A stretch of 61,058 nucleotides of DNA, counting the filler, from Sluysia triapertura (taxonomy: Eukaryota): assembly GCA_046118255.1 (NCBI GenBank). It is 4 parts of 4 records of this genome, joined end to end, with 100 filler letters (N's around TTAATTAATTAA, not from the genome) between each part and the next. Parts side by side here need not be neighbours in the genome. Positions count along the whole stretch, not along the records: positions 16,231 to 27,495 come from JBJNIA010186625.1; positions 27,596 to 49,352 come from JBJNIA010248424.1; 2 more parts are not named here. The stretch is one strand, 5' to 3'. Position 1 is the first letter of the stretch. Each line of letters begins with the position of its first letter. Below, one piece after another: positions 26,381-39,200 of this stretch. A program made the position numbers and the translations under genes. Under the pieces are notes generated by a model. The model did no database searches and was not told the DNA's origin. It saw only the letters and a program-made list of their open reading frames with translations.

Positions 26381-28039
26381 CTGACAAGACTCAGTATTTA
26401 TAATGATTCTTATCCAATCAATGTTCCGTGTGTTTCTTATTATTAATACGAAAAAATATTATATTTTATGCTACTTTTACGATAAGTAACTTATAAATTT
26501 AAAAATGTTGAAGATATATTTTAAAATTACTTTTTATTATCTATTTATTTTCATAAGTAGGTAATTTTTTGTTAAATTTTACTATTATTTTATTATTATT
26601 AAGTATCATTATTTTACTAAAAGGGGCTGTGAAATGAACCTAACAGTATTATAGTTCTTTCAAAACTTAACTTTCATCAGAATAAAATCTATTTGGCTCG
26701 GTTCCATTATGCGACTTAAAATACTAAATAGGCGTGCTTGTAACTATAACAACAGTACATATCACGTGCAATATTCAATAATTTCTATGTAAATATGTAA
26801 TTTTTAATTATGTAAATTAATTGTTAAATAATTTTCAACAATGTAAATATGTAATTTTGAAGAAAATATGTTATTTTTTAATAATTTTCAGTAATTTTTA
26901 AGCAATTTTCAATTTATGCGTGTAATATTTAAAGAATCATTTTATTATAATTAAAATGTATTTATTTTATTAAGAAAAAGTATTATTATTGTACTAATAC
27001 TATTAATTCATATTATTATTAAATCAATATATTTATAATCTACTGTTTTAAAAAGTTATTAAGTAATTTTCATCATGATCAGTTAATCATCAATAAGTGC
27101 AAAGTACAATAAATGCGTAGTAGTAGTATAAATATCTGAAGCTATTTAGTATCAAATCACACATTCATTAATATTTAGTTTTGTCAGATTAAAAAATGAT
27201 CAATGATCAATTATCAATGCATAAATTTGTATCTCATAAATATAGATCAGTTTTTATGAATATATTCTTACATTATCAATGCATAAATAATAATCATAAA
27301 TACATTCAAATATCATAAAATAATTACTTATTCAAGATTAAAAATAATAATTTATAATTAATTTTTATTAGGAATTTTATGTTAAAAAATTAATTGGAAT
27401 TGATAAAAAATTAATTGGAATTGGAATTTATTTATTTTAAAAGCCACAGTCGTCGTCAAAAGGTTAATATTATTTTTACTTTAAAATTATTAATCNNNNN
27501 NNNNNNNNNNNNNNNNNNNNNNNNNNNNNNNNNNNNNNNTTAATTAATTAANNNNNNNNNNNNNNNNNNNNNNNNNNNNNNNNNNNNNNNNNNNNTATTG
27601 AGTTGGAAATGTTTGAGATATGGATTGATTTGTTGTTGAATGTAGGTTGGTGAAGTGTTATAATTGTGTATTATTGTTTTACGAGATAAATTGTGTATTG
27701 TTTATGGTTGAAGAATATGGCTGTGAGTAAGGTTATTTTTGTAAGATTATTTTTAATCTTAGGTTATTGAAGTTGACCACTACAAATGGAAGTTAATTAT
27801 TATAATTATTTTTGCAGGGTAATGTCACTGCAATATTTTTCTTTGTAATGCTGTAAAAATAAATGATAATTTACGTCAGATTTTTCTACCTTATAGTAAA
27901 AGCGATGTACCTTATATTGTGGTAATGTTATTACAATTAAAATTATAATCTTTATCTTTATACATTACAGAATTATTGTTATCATATTTATTGTTATTAC
28001 ATTTATTATTTAATTTACTATAAAATTTCTTATTTAAAC

Positions 28040-28283
28040 TTAAATATAAGCCGTTATAAAACTGGTGCTTAAGGCATTCAAACATTTTGCTGTAGAAATA
28101 AATTTTAAAATAAAAATAGCACGAAAATTCTTTATTATATTCAATTAACTTTATAATCGTTGTTGACACACATAAAACGGATAAAACTAGATACATAATA
28201 CTTACAATAATTAACGTTAATATTCTTGGCCGAAGTCGAATCGCCACATGCGTCCATACTAATTTTTTAAATACAAATTTCAT
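28040..28283 (-). pseudogene. ROQ-domain relic
   Basis: LVWTHVAIR (NLWAAVRAR); SIMYLVLSVLCVSTTI ([16 protein letters not shown]); EFSCYF; MFECLKHQF (TYEALRREH). Confidence 0.5.
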
Positions 28284-28439
28284 AATAAAATTTTAAAATT
28301 GTAATTTGAAAACATACTTTATACGACAAAAATTTTTATAGAACAAGTGATATTTTAGAATACCCTCGGACACTCTATAAGCTTTACAGCGAGTAATATA
28401 ATCAACTTCATGAATTTTGAATGCATCTAAAACGAGAAC

Positions 28440-28737
28440 TTGATCCGTATGGATGTAATCATTTTCAAATCTTTTTTATTAAGTTTATTTATACCAATAA
28501 ATTTAAAAATGTTAGATTCAGAATAAAAAATATAATCAATTGCATAAGATTTAAGGATATTTGAATTAATGAGTTTATCCGTATGAACATATTCATTTAC
28601 AGATTTTTTCTTATTAATTTTATTTATACCAATAAATTTAAAATTATCAAAAATGTTAGATTCAGAATGAAAAATATGATGCACAAGATTTAATGATATT
28701 TGAATTAATAAGTTTATCCATATGAACATATTCATTT
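28440..28737. repeat. Diverged ~135-139-bp tandem duplication (two copies plus a partial)
   Basis: ATACCAATAAATTTAAAA at 28491 and 28626; GTTTATCC(G/A)TATGAACATATTCATTT at 28573 and 28712. Confidence 0.85.
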
Positions 28738-28779
28738 TGAGATCTTTTGGTTTCCATTACTTCATGATTTTCTATTAAT

Positions 28780-29260
28780 GAACATAGATGACGGTCAATA
28801 TTAATTAAATGTGAGAAAAATTTAACTTCGTAACCTTCTGCCAGACATTTGTGTTGATGGTATATTTGATCTTTCAAAAAATACCTTGTCCAAAATTTTA
28901 ATGTTCATTTCTTGGCGCAATTGTTGACAATACGATAGTAAATTTTTCATTGAGAATTCTTTAATAAAATTGGGTTCTCCAGACGATTGAAGCCTAGCTG
29001 TATCAAACACGGTAAATCATTTTTCGCCTTGAATTCTATTACTGGCCTTCTGAAATATTTTAATGTATTCTGTTTCATATTCTATTTGAAAATTTCTAAA
29101 AATACTGATGATTTAATAATGCTGCATCATTTATATCTTCTTGATAGTTATACATCGTTGTTGGAGCTAGTCCTTTATATCTTGTTTTATATGAAAACAA
29201 TACAACATTGTCTATATTTCGAGATACATCTACAAAATTCAGTTTATTTTTCATTCACTA
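28780..29260 (-). pseudogene. ROQ-domain relic
   Basis: YQEDINDAALL ([11 protein letters not shown]); FQKASNRIQG ([10 protein letters not shown]); SMKNLLSYCQQLRQEMNIKILDKVFFERSNIPSTQMS aligns ungapped to [37 protein letters not shown]. Confidence 0.6.
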
Positions 29261-31890
29261 TATTTCAATTTTCACATATTTTCAAAAACATTTAAAATTA
29301 ACATAAATTTTTATTATTTAAACAATTATTAGAAGGCATATAACAAAATTTATTTAGTACCCATAACAATATACCTATTATGGTTGATCATTTCATATTT
29401 TAAAATAATAAATTAATTTTTTTATTGCGTTTCAAATTTACAATTAAACTATTTGTGATAAAAATTGTATTTCAAAGTTTTATCAAAATATGTCATATTG
29501 AATGAAAGATTAAAATAAACTAACAAATCAATAACTTGTATTATATTCGCAAAATATGTACTATTTTACAAATTTTACTATTCGTAAATTTATATTTAAG
29601 CACAAAACAATTATTCTTAATCAGAAATTTGTAAGACAAATATGCCTGAACAAGTGAAACTTAAGTTTAACATAAAGCATAATAATTCTTCATTTATTAG
29701 TATGACTTAGCTAAGCCAAAAAATGCCACTTCTTTATCAAATGTACAATAGTATATATAAAAATGTTAAAATGTAATGTAAAGAAAAGAAAAATTAAAAT
29801 AGTATTTTCTATTCATTTTATTTAACATTTTTTAAACTTCAATTGAGAATATGCGTTAATCAAATTTGTAATTGAATCTGACAATTTTATTATTTGATTT
29901 GTGAGAATATTTTCTAGCATTGGTACATTCAATATTTCTTGATGTTAAGTTTCATCATTAATCAAATAAAATCTTTTCCACAATTCATTAAAATAGCACA
30001 GTAATTAGGTAATATTAGTTTATAACATAAATGTATTAAAGCAATATTATTTTTGATAAGAATGATTGAATTCTTAGTAGCAATAAAAATTAATTATTGA
30101 CTTTGTTTTGCTAATAAAATAGATCAACATACAAAATTATATAAGATGTATGCAAATAAACATTTTCCAAGATTCATTATTGCCGAATTATAAAATTAAA
30201 ATATTTTAGTAAAGTAGGTAAACGTGTGTGACTTTCTTCAGTGATTTGCTGTTTTGTTGGTTGTTGTGGTTGGTTTTGTTCGATTAAGCGTTATCGAATA
30301 AAATGTAAAGAAAACAATATGGAAAATACATTGAATTATGTTTAAAGTTAGTTTAGTTTATTTGTTGCAAATGATATGGATAAACTTGTTATAATGTAAT
30401 TTTTTTTATGAGGTTTGTGTATATGATTATTATGATTTATGTGATATGTAGATAGGTGTGAGCCGGGCCACCACACCTTACATATAATTACAATTAAAAT
30501 ATAAAATTTAACACTGAAGATGTATTAAATACAAACAAAAGAGACAAATAATTAATAATTATGTTAACAGATTATAATATAATCTTAAATATATATACAT
30601 ATATTTTAATAAATTGGTTTTTCTTCTGTAATTTAAAAGGAGAGATAAAAAGAAATTTATGATTTTGAGTATGAATTTACGTCCTAATAAAATAGGCGAT
30701 TCTTACAACAAAAAACTAACGAATAAATTGGTGAAAAATCCTCTAAGTGTTAAGTTAGCGGATTACAGTAGCGGATTAAATCCTCTTGGAAAGCAGCCCT
30801 ATAGGAATTTAAATGTTTTATTGATTTTATCTGATGATCGAATCTTTCGTAAATAGTGTTTAATGCATTCTTTATATACATATCCTTAGCCTTGTTAGTT
30901 AATATCTAAATTCTCAAGGTCCTAACTAATGCTATGCAACTTACGTCTTTGTACAATTTTCTCTAAATTTATTCCTTTGTTGCTGTATAATAAAGTTTAA
31001 TAAGTAATTCTCATTAATTGTTACAGTTTTTAACTTTTAATGTTTAACGTTAAATCTGTACTTTTATTATTGTTACACATAAGATTCTATTCGAATTCTA
31101 ATGTTTACTGTTGGGAAGTTTATATTGGATTATAGATTGTTTTAATGATTTTTTATTGTGTAATTACGGATTCTTTTTGATAATTATGTAACACAATTAC
31201 AAATATAAAACTAATTTAAATAAGATGTATTGATAACAATTTACGAGTAATTTATACAAAATTGTTTATTAATATCTATATAATTAACTGAGATTAAATA
31301 ACAGAAAATATGATAAAAAGGTGAATACCTCAGATAAATGATAATATAGAATGTTAATAAAGACGAATATTATGTTATAAAATGTTAAGCTGATTTTATT
31401 CGTAGATTAAGGCTCCTACTAAAAATATATTAGTTTCCTATGTTTAGCCTTGCTTAAGCAAGAAAACCTAAAAACAATATACCAAAGATTAGAGTAATTG
31501 CGACCTTAGCAGTACTCCTTTCAAAATTAGGCAAATAAATTTGACTAATATTGATTGAGGAGTGACCAATAATTTTAATGAAAGATATGACACCAAACAT
31601 TTTAATTGTTAAACTGTATTATCTCGGATCGCTACTTATTAGCTTGCGCTGTCTCTTGGTTACAAGTTCTTTGTCTTTATCTTCTTTGTTGTGAGACTTG
31701 GCACAATAATTACGTTTTTTATATTAAAAACAATGAAAAATAGACGACACGCCCTAAAATATATTATTTAAATTTAAATAATACTTTAAAATGTTTAATG
31801 TAATATGGGCATACGCTCTAAAATGGCAAATTAATACAATAGATTATTATTTGAAGAATTAATCATAGTTATTATTATTATTAATTATTA

Positions 31891-31940
<50 letters not shown>

Positions 31941-32110
31941 GGGTTTAAGTTTGTAACCCTGACAATAATTAATTTTAAGGGTTATCTCGAAGAAATCTTA
32001 TTAAATAAAGATACGCAATTGCAAGCTCTAATAAATCGCAACAATATCTTAGAGAAAGAATTGAAAATACTTGAAGAATCTACTACAGATTTACAAATAC
32101 AATTGTTAGA

Positions 32111-32153
<43 letters not shown>

Positions 32154-32899
32154 ATTTTTATTATTTGGATTATATCATTAATGGGTATTAGTTCTAAATT
32201 AATGTAATATTTATAAATTAAAAGGATATGTATTATATTTCTTGTTTTATTAACCGTCATTTTATGCTTTAGAAAAATAAAATAAATACATTAGATATAT
32301 TAGAATTTAATGAATATTTTAACAACGTTTTAATTGATTTTACAAATCTTAATTAAAACATTTTCAATTTTCAATAATTAATTTTTAAATAATTTTAATT
32401 TTGTTTATTGTCTCAATGTTATACTCAAGTTTTCATGTAACATTTGATTGTTTTATGTTATCGGAAATTGTAGGATTTATATTATTTGGGCCCAATTAGA
32501 CCTCATAATTATCCTATTTTTAGGAAGAAAATACTTTTTTTATACAAAGAAAAATGTGAATTTTTCTGATACAATTGATTAAAATGAGTTTTTAATACAC
32601 ATGCATTTTGTCCTATTGAATTATCACTATACGTTGCATAGTTAGAAGATTGGGAAACGGTGTGGTGGCTGCTTATCTCTTGATTTCTAATTTTATTACA
32701 AAATCAGCATACAATCAATTTTTAACCCCCAATTTAAATCACATATTCCTTAATCTTATACCTCACAAACTTTAAATCAATAAATTCAATAAAACATTTT
32801 ATCTTTAAACCATTCAAAAATAACGATATATTAGATAAATTCATCCTACACATCATCTGCAAACTCAATAAATTCATAATAATACAATATTAATACAAT

Positions 32900-33220
32900 T
32901 TATCACAACATAATCCAGGAATTCACCTCATATCCACACGTTTCTAGAACACCGAATACAGCAGTTAAGAGAAGAAAATTCATTCTGCAATGATCTACAA
33001 CTTAAACAATTTATATTTATACAATATTAAAACATTACTACAGCTTAATTCACTTCTTATCATGCATTTAGGAATCATTAAACATCGTGAAGCATTAATA
33101 TCTATGCAGTTTATAACATCTCTTAAACATTTATACATCAGGCATTTATATCCGATACGCGAATATCAGGTAATATGTTATTTATGCAAAGGTCGTGACA
33201 TAAGAAATCAGAGAAAATTT
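32900..33220 (+). mobile_element. gag-like relic with a frameshifted CCHC knuckle
   Basis: VICYLCKGR then H-K-K-S-E in a shifted frame (GGTCGTGACATAAGAAATCAGA); A/C-rich strand like the Gypsy element. Confidence 0.35.
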
Positions 33221-33449
33221 ATAAAGATTATAATTAAATTATTGATACATACAAAAGATTCAACAGAAGTTTAAACATATTTAATTCACATTATCTTATT
33301 TCTTAATATTATCATATATGCAAGCTCTATGTAAGAAAAGAGCTAACTATTAAATAAGATAAAGAAATAAAGCAAACAATTATTCAAAAAAGAAAGAATT
33401 AAATAAAGTAAAAAAAATAATAGTAATAGTAATAAAATTATTATTAGTA

Positions 33450-33620
33450 GCGCAATGCACTTCATCTTACGAATTTGATTGGAAAAGTACAATTATATCA
33501 AAAAACAGTGCACTAATGCATCAACAGTAAAAACATGATTATAATTTGTACCCTATTAGTACTTGTATAAGGAATGCATAGAATCGCTGGTTTTCAGTTA
33601 TCTTGAACTGCAAACTAAAA
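33450..33620 (+). pseudogene. Roquin-like RING-end/HEPN-N relic
   Basis: KNSALMHQ (VNSALLQL); YLYKECIESLVFSYLEL (YEEAKKCVEELALYLKPL). Confidence 0.4.
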
Positions 33621-34079
33621 CTATAATTTAAGCATTTGTTGTGGTGTTATATTCATAAATTACATAAATTACATTATTATTTATTGACAAATTTAATTCA
33701 AATTCTCTAAGAGGTGTTGAAAATCGTACGTTATTATAGAATTTTTCCCTCTAAAACATTTTATTATTAGATTAAATTTAAAACTTACAAAAGCTCGAAA
33801 AAAACTAAAATTGACAATAAAGACATATTTTTTTAATACTAAAATAAAAGCTAATTTCTTTAACATAATTTTCGAGTATGACCCACAGGTTGTTCATAAA
33901 TACCACTACTAAAAAAATATAAATATAAAATTCTACTTAAATAATAATAAATCACGATAGAATATAAATTTACCCGATGTCTATTTTGTTTCATTGATTT
34001 AGGTTGAACGATAATAGAGTTAACATTGTTGATGACAATTGTATCTTTTGACTAATTTGATGTCTAAACTAATTCATAA

Positions 34080-34870
34080 AGTTTCTAGTAACAAATTTAT
34101 TCTGTCAATATGGGTACCCAAATCTTTCGGTGGTTGATAAAGTTGTTACATTCATAGATCGCATGACAATATTTGCAATTATTGCCATAATCTGAACATT
34201 TTCCGGATATTTTAGCTGATACATACAAATCCCCATATTGTAAACTTCATTGTCATTTACATCATTTTGTTTATGATGAAAAATTTTGTCATCGGTGTAG
34301 TAATTGTTAAACTGGCCGAATTATGATCTATCATCTGATAACTCTGTCTTCAATGTTAACGCATTATTCGAAAAAAGGATTGTATCGATATCTATGGTAT
34401 TTGTAATAGACGATTTATAAAACCTTGGAATTGCGTTCGTACGGAACTTAACTTTTTCAACTAATGCATATATAATTTTATCTTGCTTTAAATTTTTGTA
34501 TGCGAGAAGATAGTTCTGAATTGAACTCGATGACATCAATCTTTTGTAACTTTCACAAATCATTACGAACCCCTTTGGTTTTATCAACTTAATACTACTT
34601 TCTTTAAATACATTATGCAAAACAAATGAAATGTTTGGTGCTGTTACTTTTGACTTTTGAAGTTTACAATCTAGAACTAATTTTTCATTTGTAGGTAAGC
34701 TTACCAAAACGATTTTTACATTTTGATTTACAAGTATGGTGTCTATGATTTGCGTTACGTTAACATCATAATTTCTGCCAGCAAAACTTGGTAACACATG
34801 AACCAGAAGATTAAAAGTTCTGTCTATATCAGTCTTGTTAATGACCGTTATGCTTTTAATACACGTTACG
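34080..34870 (-). pseudogene. ROQ + CCCH zinc-finger Roquin-like relic with a 158-codon open segment
   Basis: KVTAPNISFVLHNVFKESSIKLIK ([24 protein letters not shown]); after one stop and one frameshift YNMGICMYQLK/SGKCSDYGNNCKYCHAIYE forms a CCCH finger. Confidence 0.6.
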
Positions 34871-35354
34871 GATTACTCAATATTATTTCGAAATTTGTTT
34901 TTAATTTTTCAATAATTATAATATTCAATTGTTATTGTTTTTAATAGCTAGTTCGTACTTTGAAACTCATAAATATTTTTGACTTCGTTTCGTATATAGT
35001 GTATAAAGTGTGACTAACCAAAATGATTTCTCTATTATGACATTATAAAGTTATTTATACAATCATTACTAATCTGATGATTGGATAAACAATAAAGTGA
35101 TGAAAGCACAATATATTGCTTCTATTTTTCATCCTAGGTAGTACATTCTAAACACTAAAAATAAATTTGTCAAAGTAAGAAAACTTGAAGTTCTAAAATA
35201 ATATGAAAAATTCATAATAATAAGGAATATAAGAATTATTATTTCTAAAATTTCTATATGAAGAAAGCGTTTGAGTTGTTTGAATAAGATTAAAAATGAA
35301 TAACATTGTATGAGTTGTATGGGTAAATGTTGTAAAATGAAAAATTTTTTGCAA

Positions 35355-35426
35355 TCCTCGATAGTATAGTGGTTAGTATCTCCGCCTGTCACGTGGAAGG
35401 CCCGGGTTCGATTCCCGGTCGGGGAG
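35355..35426 (+). tRNA. tRNA-Asp(GTC)
   Basis: 72-nt cloverleaf: acceptor TCCTCGA/TCGGGGA, anticodon arm TCCGC-CTGTCAC-GTGGA, T arm CCGGG-TTCGATT-CCCGG; T6 Pol III terminator just downstream. Confidence 0.97.
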
Positions 35427-35428
35427 TG

Positions 35429-35434
35429 TTTTTT
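35429..35434 (+). terminator. RNA polymerase III terminator (T6)
   Basis: TTTTTT 2 nt after the tRNA 3' end. Confidence 0.8.
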
Positions 35435-35744
35435 AATTTTTGAAATCCTTAAATTACAAGGCGACATTGTCGCCCAAACTAAACAAAACAAAACTAAACG
35501 ATGTTATAACGATTCAATATATAATGTTTTGATTTTAATCCTATCAAAGTGTACTATAATGGAGAAAATATATTTATCGTTTGATCTGATCGAAATTTGT
35601 TGCTGTAAACTAGGACGGTGGTAGTAGAAACAGAAAAGTATGAATTGTAAAAATGGATTCGTGATTTTGAAAAATTCATAATAATAAGGAATATAAGAAT
35701 TATTATTTCTAAAATTTCTATATGAAGAAAGCGTTTGAGTTGTT

Positions 35745-35844
35745 NNNNNNNNNNNNNNNNNNNNNNNNNNNNNNNNNNNNNNNNNNNNNNNNNNNNNNNN
35801 NNNNNNNNNNNNNNNNNNNNNNNNNNNNNNNNNNNNNNNNNNNN
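35745..35844. other. Assembly gap (100 N, no linker) inside the tRNA repeat
   Basis: Seen directly. Confidence 0.99.
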
Positions 35845-35896
35845 AACAAAACAAAACTAAACGATGTTATAACGATTCAATATATAATGTTTTGAT

Positions 35897-35902
35897 TTTA
35901 AT
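35897..35902 (-). promoter_or_regulatory. Candidate polyadenylation signal (ATTAAA) of the SLC6 gene
   Basis: ATTAAA ~15 nt after the stop, followed by a GT/T-rich tract (GTTTAGTTTTGTTTTGTT) on the minus strand. Confidence 0.4.
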
Positions 35903-35916
35903 CCTATCAAAGTGTA

Positions 35917-36000
35917 CTATACCATTATCATTTCCAAGTTTTGCACAAATATTCTTTTGTTTCGGTGAATTCTTTTCGGTGTTATTAAATTTCTTATTCT
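35917..36000 (-). CDS. SLC6 transporter terminal coding exon
   Basis: TTTTATTCAG|RIRNLITPKRIHRNKRIFVQNLEMIMV*; phase 0 matches the upstream donor; 'R...LITP' is the typical SLC6 last-exon start; TAG at 35919-35917. Confidence 0.8.
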   Translation of the reverse strand, partial: RIRNLITPKRIHRNKRIFVQNLEMIMV

Positions 36001-37239
36001 CTGAATAAAATTATTTTATTGATAAATATGTTTTTATGACATTTTTAACTTCATTATTCAGTAATTTAAATATATATATTATCTAGTATTTGTATTTGCT
36101 TATTATGAATATATTAAATTTTCTTGTATTTCTGAATAATATATGGTTTCATGAAAAAGCTGAAATAAATATCTTTATAGTGGCAGACATCTGAAATAAT
36201 TAATATATTTCATTTCTTTTTTGCATTCTTTATCAATGTAAATTTTATACGATTCGACAACCAATTCGTTTTACCGAAAATTATATTTGTTGATTTTTTT
36301 AACTTTCAATATCTTATAAGTTATTAAATATGCTATTTGATATTATCCACTCCTTTCTTCGTTGAAATTATACTTAAAAGAATTTTGAATTTTGTTAAAA
36401 ATGTATTTATAAAGATCCTTAACTATTTTATAAAGTTTTAAATGTGATCAGGAGCTTCAAGGCTGTGAAATTAGAATTAAGGTAGTTATTAACTTATCAA
36501 GTTGTAGAAACGACAATTATACGTAACCGACCCTTTCACAAATTATTTTGCCGTAGGTTAAGCGTTAGAGATAACAGCATAATAATAAAATACAATATAA
36601 TAATTTTTATGTTATAAATTTAATTTAAATTAAGTTTATAAACTAAAGTTAATATAGGTTTACTTGAAAAATTATTCATAATTTTTATGAAAACCTAATA
36701 TTGAAAAATTTCACTGATATCCAAATATCTTTAGATTATTATTATTGTAATAATATTTAATTCTAAAAATATGCGAACGTTTACAATTTCGAAAATTTAA
36801 ATAAAAAATGCATTTTTGTGAAAAATTATTTAATCAAATCTTTTACTATGAAAAATTACAGTTATTATTATTATCATTATGATTTAATGATTTGTTAGAT
36901 GCTTTTTTATTACAGTTCTTCTTAATTGTAGTATTTTCGAATATGTTTTCTTGTTACATGTCGTTTTTTATATACGATTACTTAAGAAACTATTTTTATA
37001 CATTGTTATACTTTGGTAATATTATAAAATCTTTTGAAATTATATCAGTGTCAATAAGGCCGGTAGTTTTTGAGGTACTGCTCTGTTCAATTAAGTTAGC
37101 TACTAATGATAGACTTTATATATATTTTATTATTTTAGCAACAATAAGTTATAACAATAAAATAATGACATTATAGTTTTAAAAAATGTCATTAAGTAAA
37201 TATAAGCTTAATATGTAAACCTTTCACTAAATCATTTCT

Positions 37240-37613
37240 TAAATGTACTCGCGCAAACCCTTTGTTAAATTATTCTATGATTTGCGAGCTCCTTGTTCTT
37301 CTTGGTAACTATTTTTTCAAAAAGAAAATATTATATCTTGAAATAATTTTAATTGCATAGATTTTCATAACATAAAGCGACGAAGTCATACCTATCAACC
37401 AATGATGATTAAATTTGGAATATCCCGTCGCGAAACTAATTTTTTTGAACTTGAATGTACAATTACTCGAATAATCACGATAAAGCACGAAGTGTGTGAC
37501 GTGTTCTCGAGGCTTTTCAAATGCAATAGGTATTCCATTTTCGCCAATATTATAGTACACACATAGCGTTGTAGAAGTGATACATTTTTTGAAAATAAGT
37601 CGCAGTGACACAT
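37240..37613 (-). pseudogene. Possible ROQ-domain relic (SLC6 intron)
   Basis: RYVCTIILAK ([10 protein letters not shown]); SSKKLVSRRDI (DGSALSRKV); GC-richer, coding-like island. Confidence 0.25.
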
Positions 37614-37944
37614 TGCTAGTGCACTAGTTCTAGAGTGCTAGAGCCCCTTGTTAAATATTTCATAGCTCATAATTGGTTTATAACTTATTATCACAATTAT
37701 AGGATTTAAATTGGTGTATTACTTACACTGTTTTAAAAATTCAAAACTGCACAATGCTGTAGTAATTAAGTAATATTATAATATCATAAATCCAATCAAA
37801 TTATATCAATACTAATATTTTTAGTTTATCCTATTTTGTGAAATTAATACAGTGTTTAAAATTTTGTTGAAAAAAATAATATATATAAATGAGAATGTAA
37901 AACTTCTTTTATTCTCCCACTTTCTATCATTTTCTCAACCCTAC

Positions 37945-38220
37945 TTATTAAAAATTTTAGACATTTCCTCAGTGCTTTCGACAATCTAAATGTGGGAAAG
38001 GACCCGAAAGTTGGACCCAAATTTTTAACTCTGGTTCAGAATGAAGTTGTTCCTACAGCTGTAACAGAATCAGAAGGAACGGAATCTGACATTTTCGATG
38101 AATAAAAAATAATTGATACTTGGTTTGTATCTTTATTGAAGGAAAATAACTTTTTAAAGAACTTCTAGTATTTCTCCACTATCAAAAATGTATCAGGAAA
38201 TTTTCTCTTCAATTATAGAA
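37945..38220 (+). pseudogene. Possible ROQ-region relic (antisense in last SLC6 intron)
   Basis: KFLTLVQ (KLVTLVH); KNF*YFSTIKNV resembles KKIWFHLKIKNI of the 21790 copy. Confidence 0.3.
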
Positions 38221-38283
38221 TCTATATAAATTATTTATTAATTAAATTTAAAGTTTAATAAAATAATTATAATTTTAAAATAC

Positions 38284-38469
38284 CTGCTTTAAACTGCCCT
38301 GTTCTCTCGCAATACTTATTATCATCACTAGCGGTATAAAGACTATGCCTGTACAAGCCAGACCCCAGCCTAGTACAACAGACCACTTCGGATATTTGTA
38401 AATATTACGATTAAATCCTCGTTTGTATTCTAGTTCAGAGTAAACAACTGCACTCATTATAAATATGAT
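38284..38469 (-). CDS. SLC6 transporter exon (TM11-TM12)
   Basis: CAG|IIFIMSAVVYSELEYKRGFNRNIYKYPKWSVVLGWGLACTGIVFIPLVMIISIAREQGSLKQ|GTATTT; 186 bp; Y.YP.W...LGW motif. Confidence 0.95.
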
Positions 38470-38929
38470 CTGTAATTATTTAATTTATACGGGTTTTGTT
38501 AACACATTTTATAAGATACTTAAAAATTAAATGAAAATAAATTTATGCATATTATTTTTTTAGTTAACAACAAATTTAATCAAATTTTGCTAAATAGTGA
38601 TTAATAAAATTAAATAATTTAAATAATTAAATAATTAAATAATTACAGCTATATCTTTATTTTTTATCAAATTTTTGATGCTTTCAGTGTGTTTATGTAT
38701 GTCTTTTTACATTGAGATTAATTTCAGAATGAATTCTACAATTTAGATTTTTGAATGTAAAATAAATTCCTATTTGAAAAATTATAATGCATTGACAATA
38801 AAAGTAATAATGGAATTATTTATTTGGGTAGTTTTTTAAGATCTGCTGAATTTTATTTAAATACCAATAAAATTTAAAATTCAACTTATTTTTGATTAAA
38901 TAAACTATAGTGATATAGTAAAAGAATGA

Positions 38930-39200
38930 TTAGTTCGTTGCGTAGAAGGTTAAAAATAAACAAAAAATTACTTTATTTTAAGTAATTTCTTAACGTCAAA
39001 AATGTATTTCACTGACGAATGAAATATTGATCAATGTTGCAAAAATATAGGTTGTCGATTCCAATGTAACAAATTTCATACTAAATATAGTCCAATTTTT
39101 GTTGATAATAATTTAAATCCCAATTTTTGAAAAAAGAAGCATTACCTGACAATATGCTTATGGATTTATCGAATGAAGATGATTTCACTGGAAAAACGGA
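38930..39200 (+). pseudogene. Possible ROQ-domain relic (SLC6 intron)
   Basis: NIDQCCKNIGCRF ([13 protein letters not shown]). Confidence 0.3.

Larger units (their letters stand above)
35205..35921 (+). repeat. ~464-bp tandem repeat carrying tRNA-Asp, collapsed at an assembly gap
   Basis: 35205-35280 recurs identically at 35669-35744 (offset 464); 35845-35921 equals 35482-35558; the N gap covers the part of the unit that holds the tRNA. Confidence 0.85.

Noticed and set aside
35129-35491. 120-aa minus-strand ORF
   Set aside because: Shadow ORF antisense to the tRNA-Asp gene.
37940-38221. SLC6 last exon after a short intron
   Set aside because: A phase-0 splice gives IL* immediately; 35917-36000 (RIRNLITP) fits the family much better.
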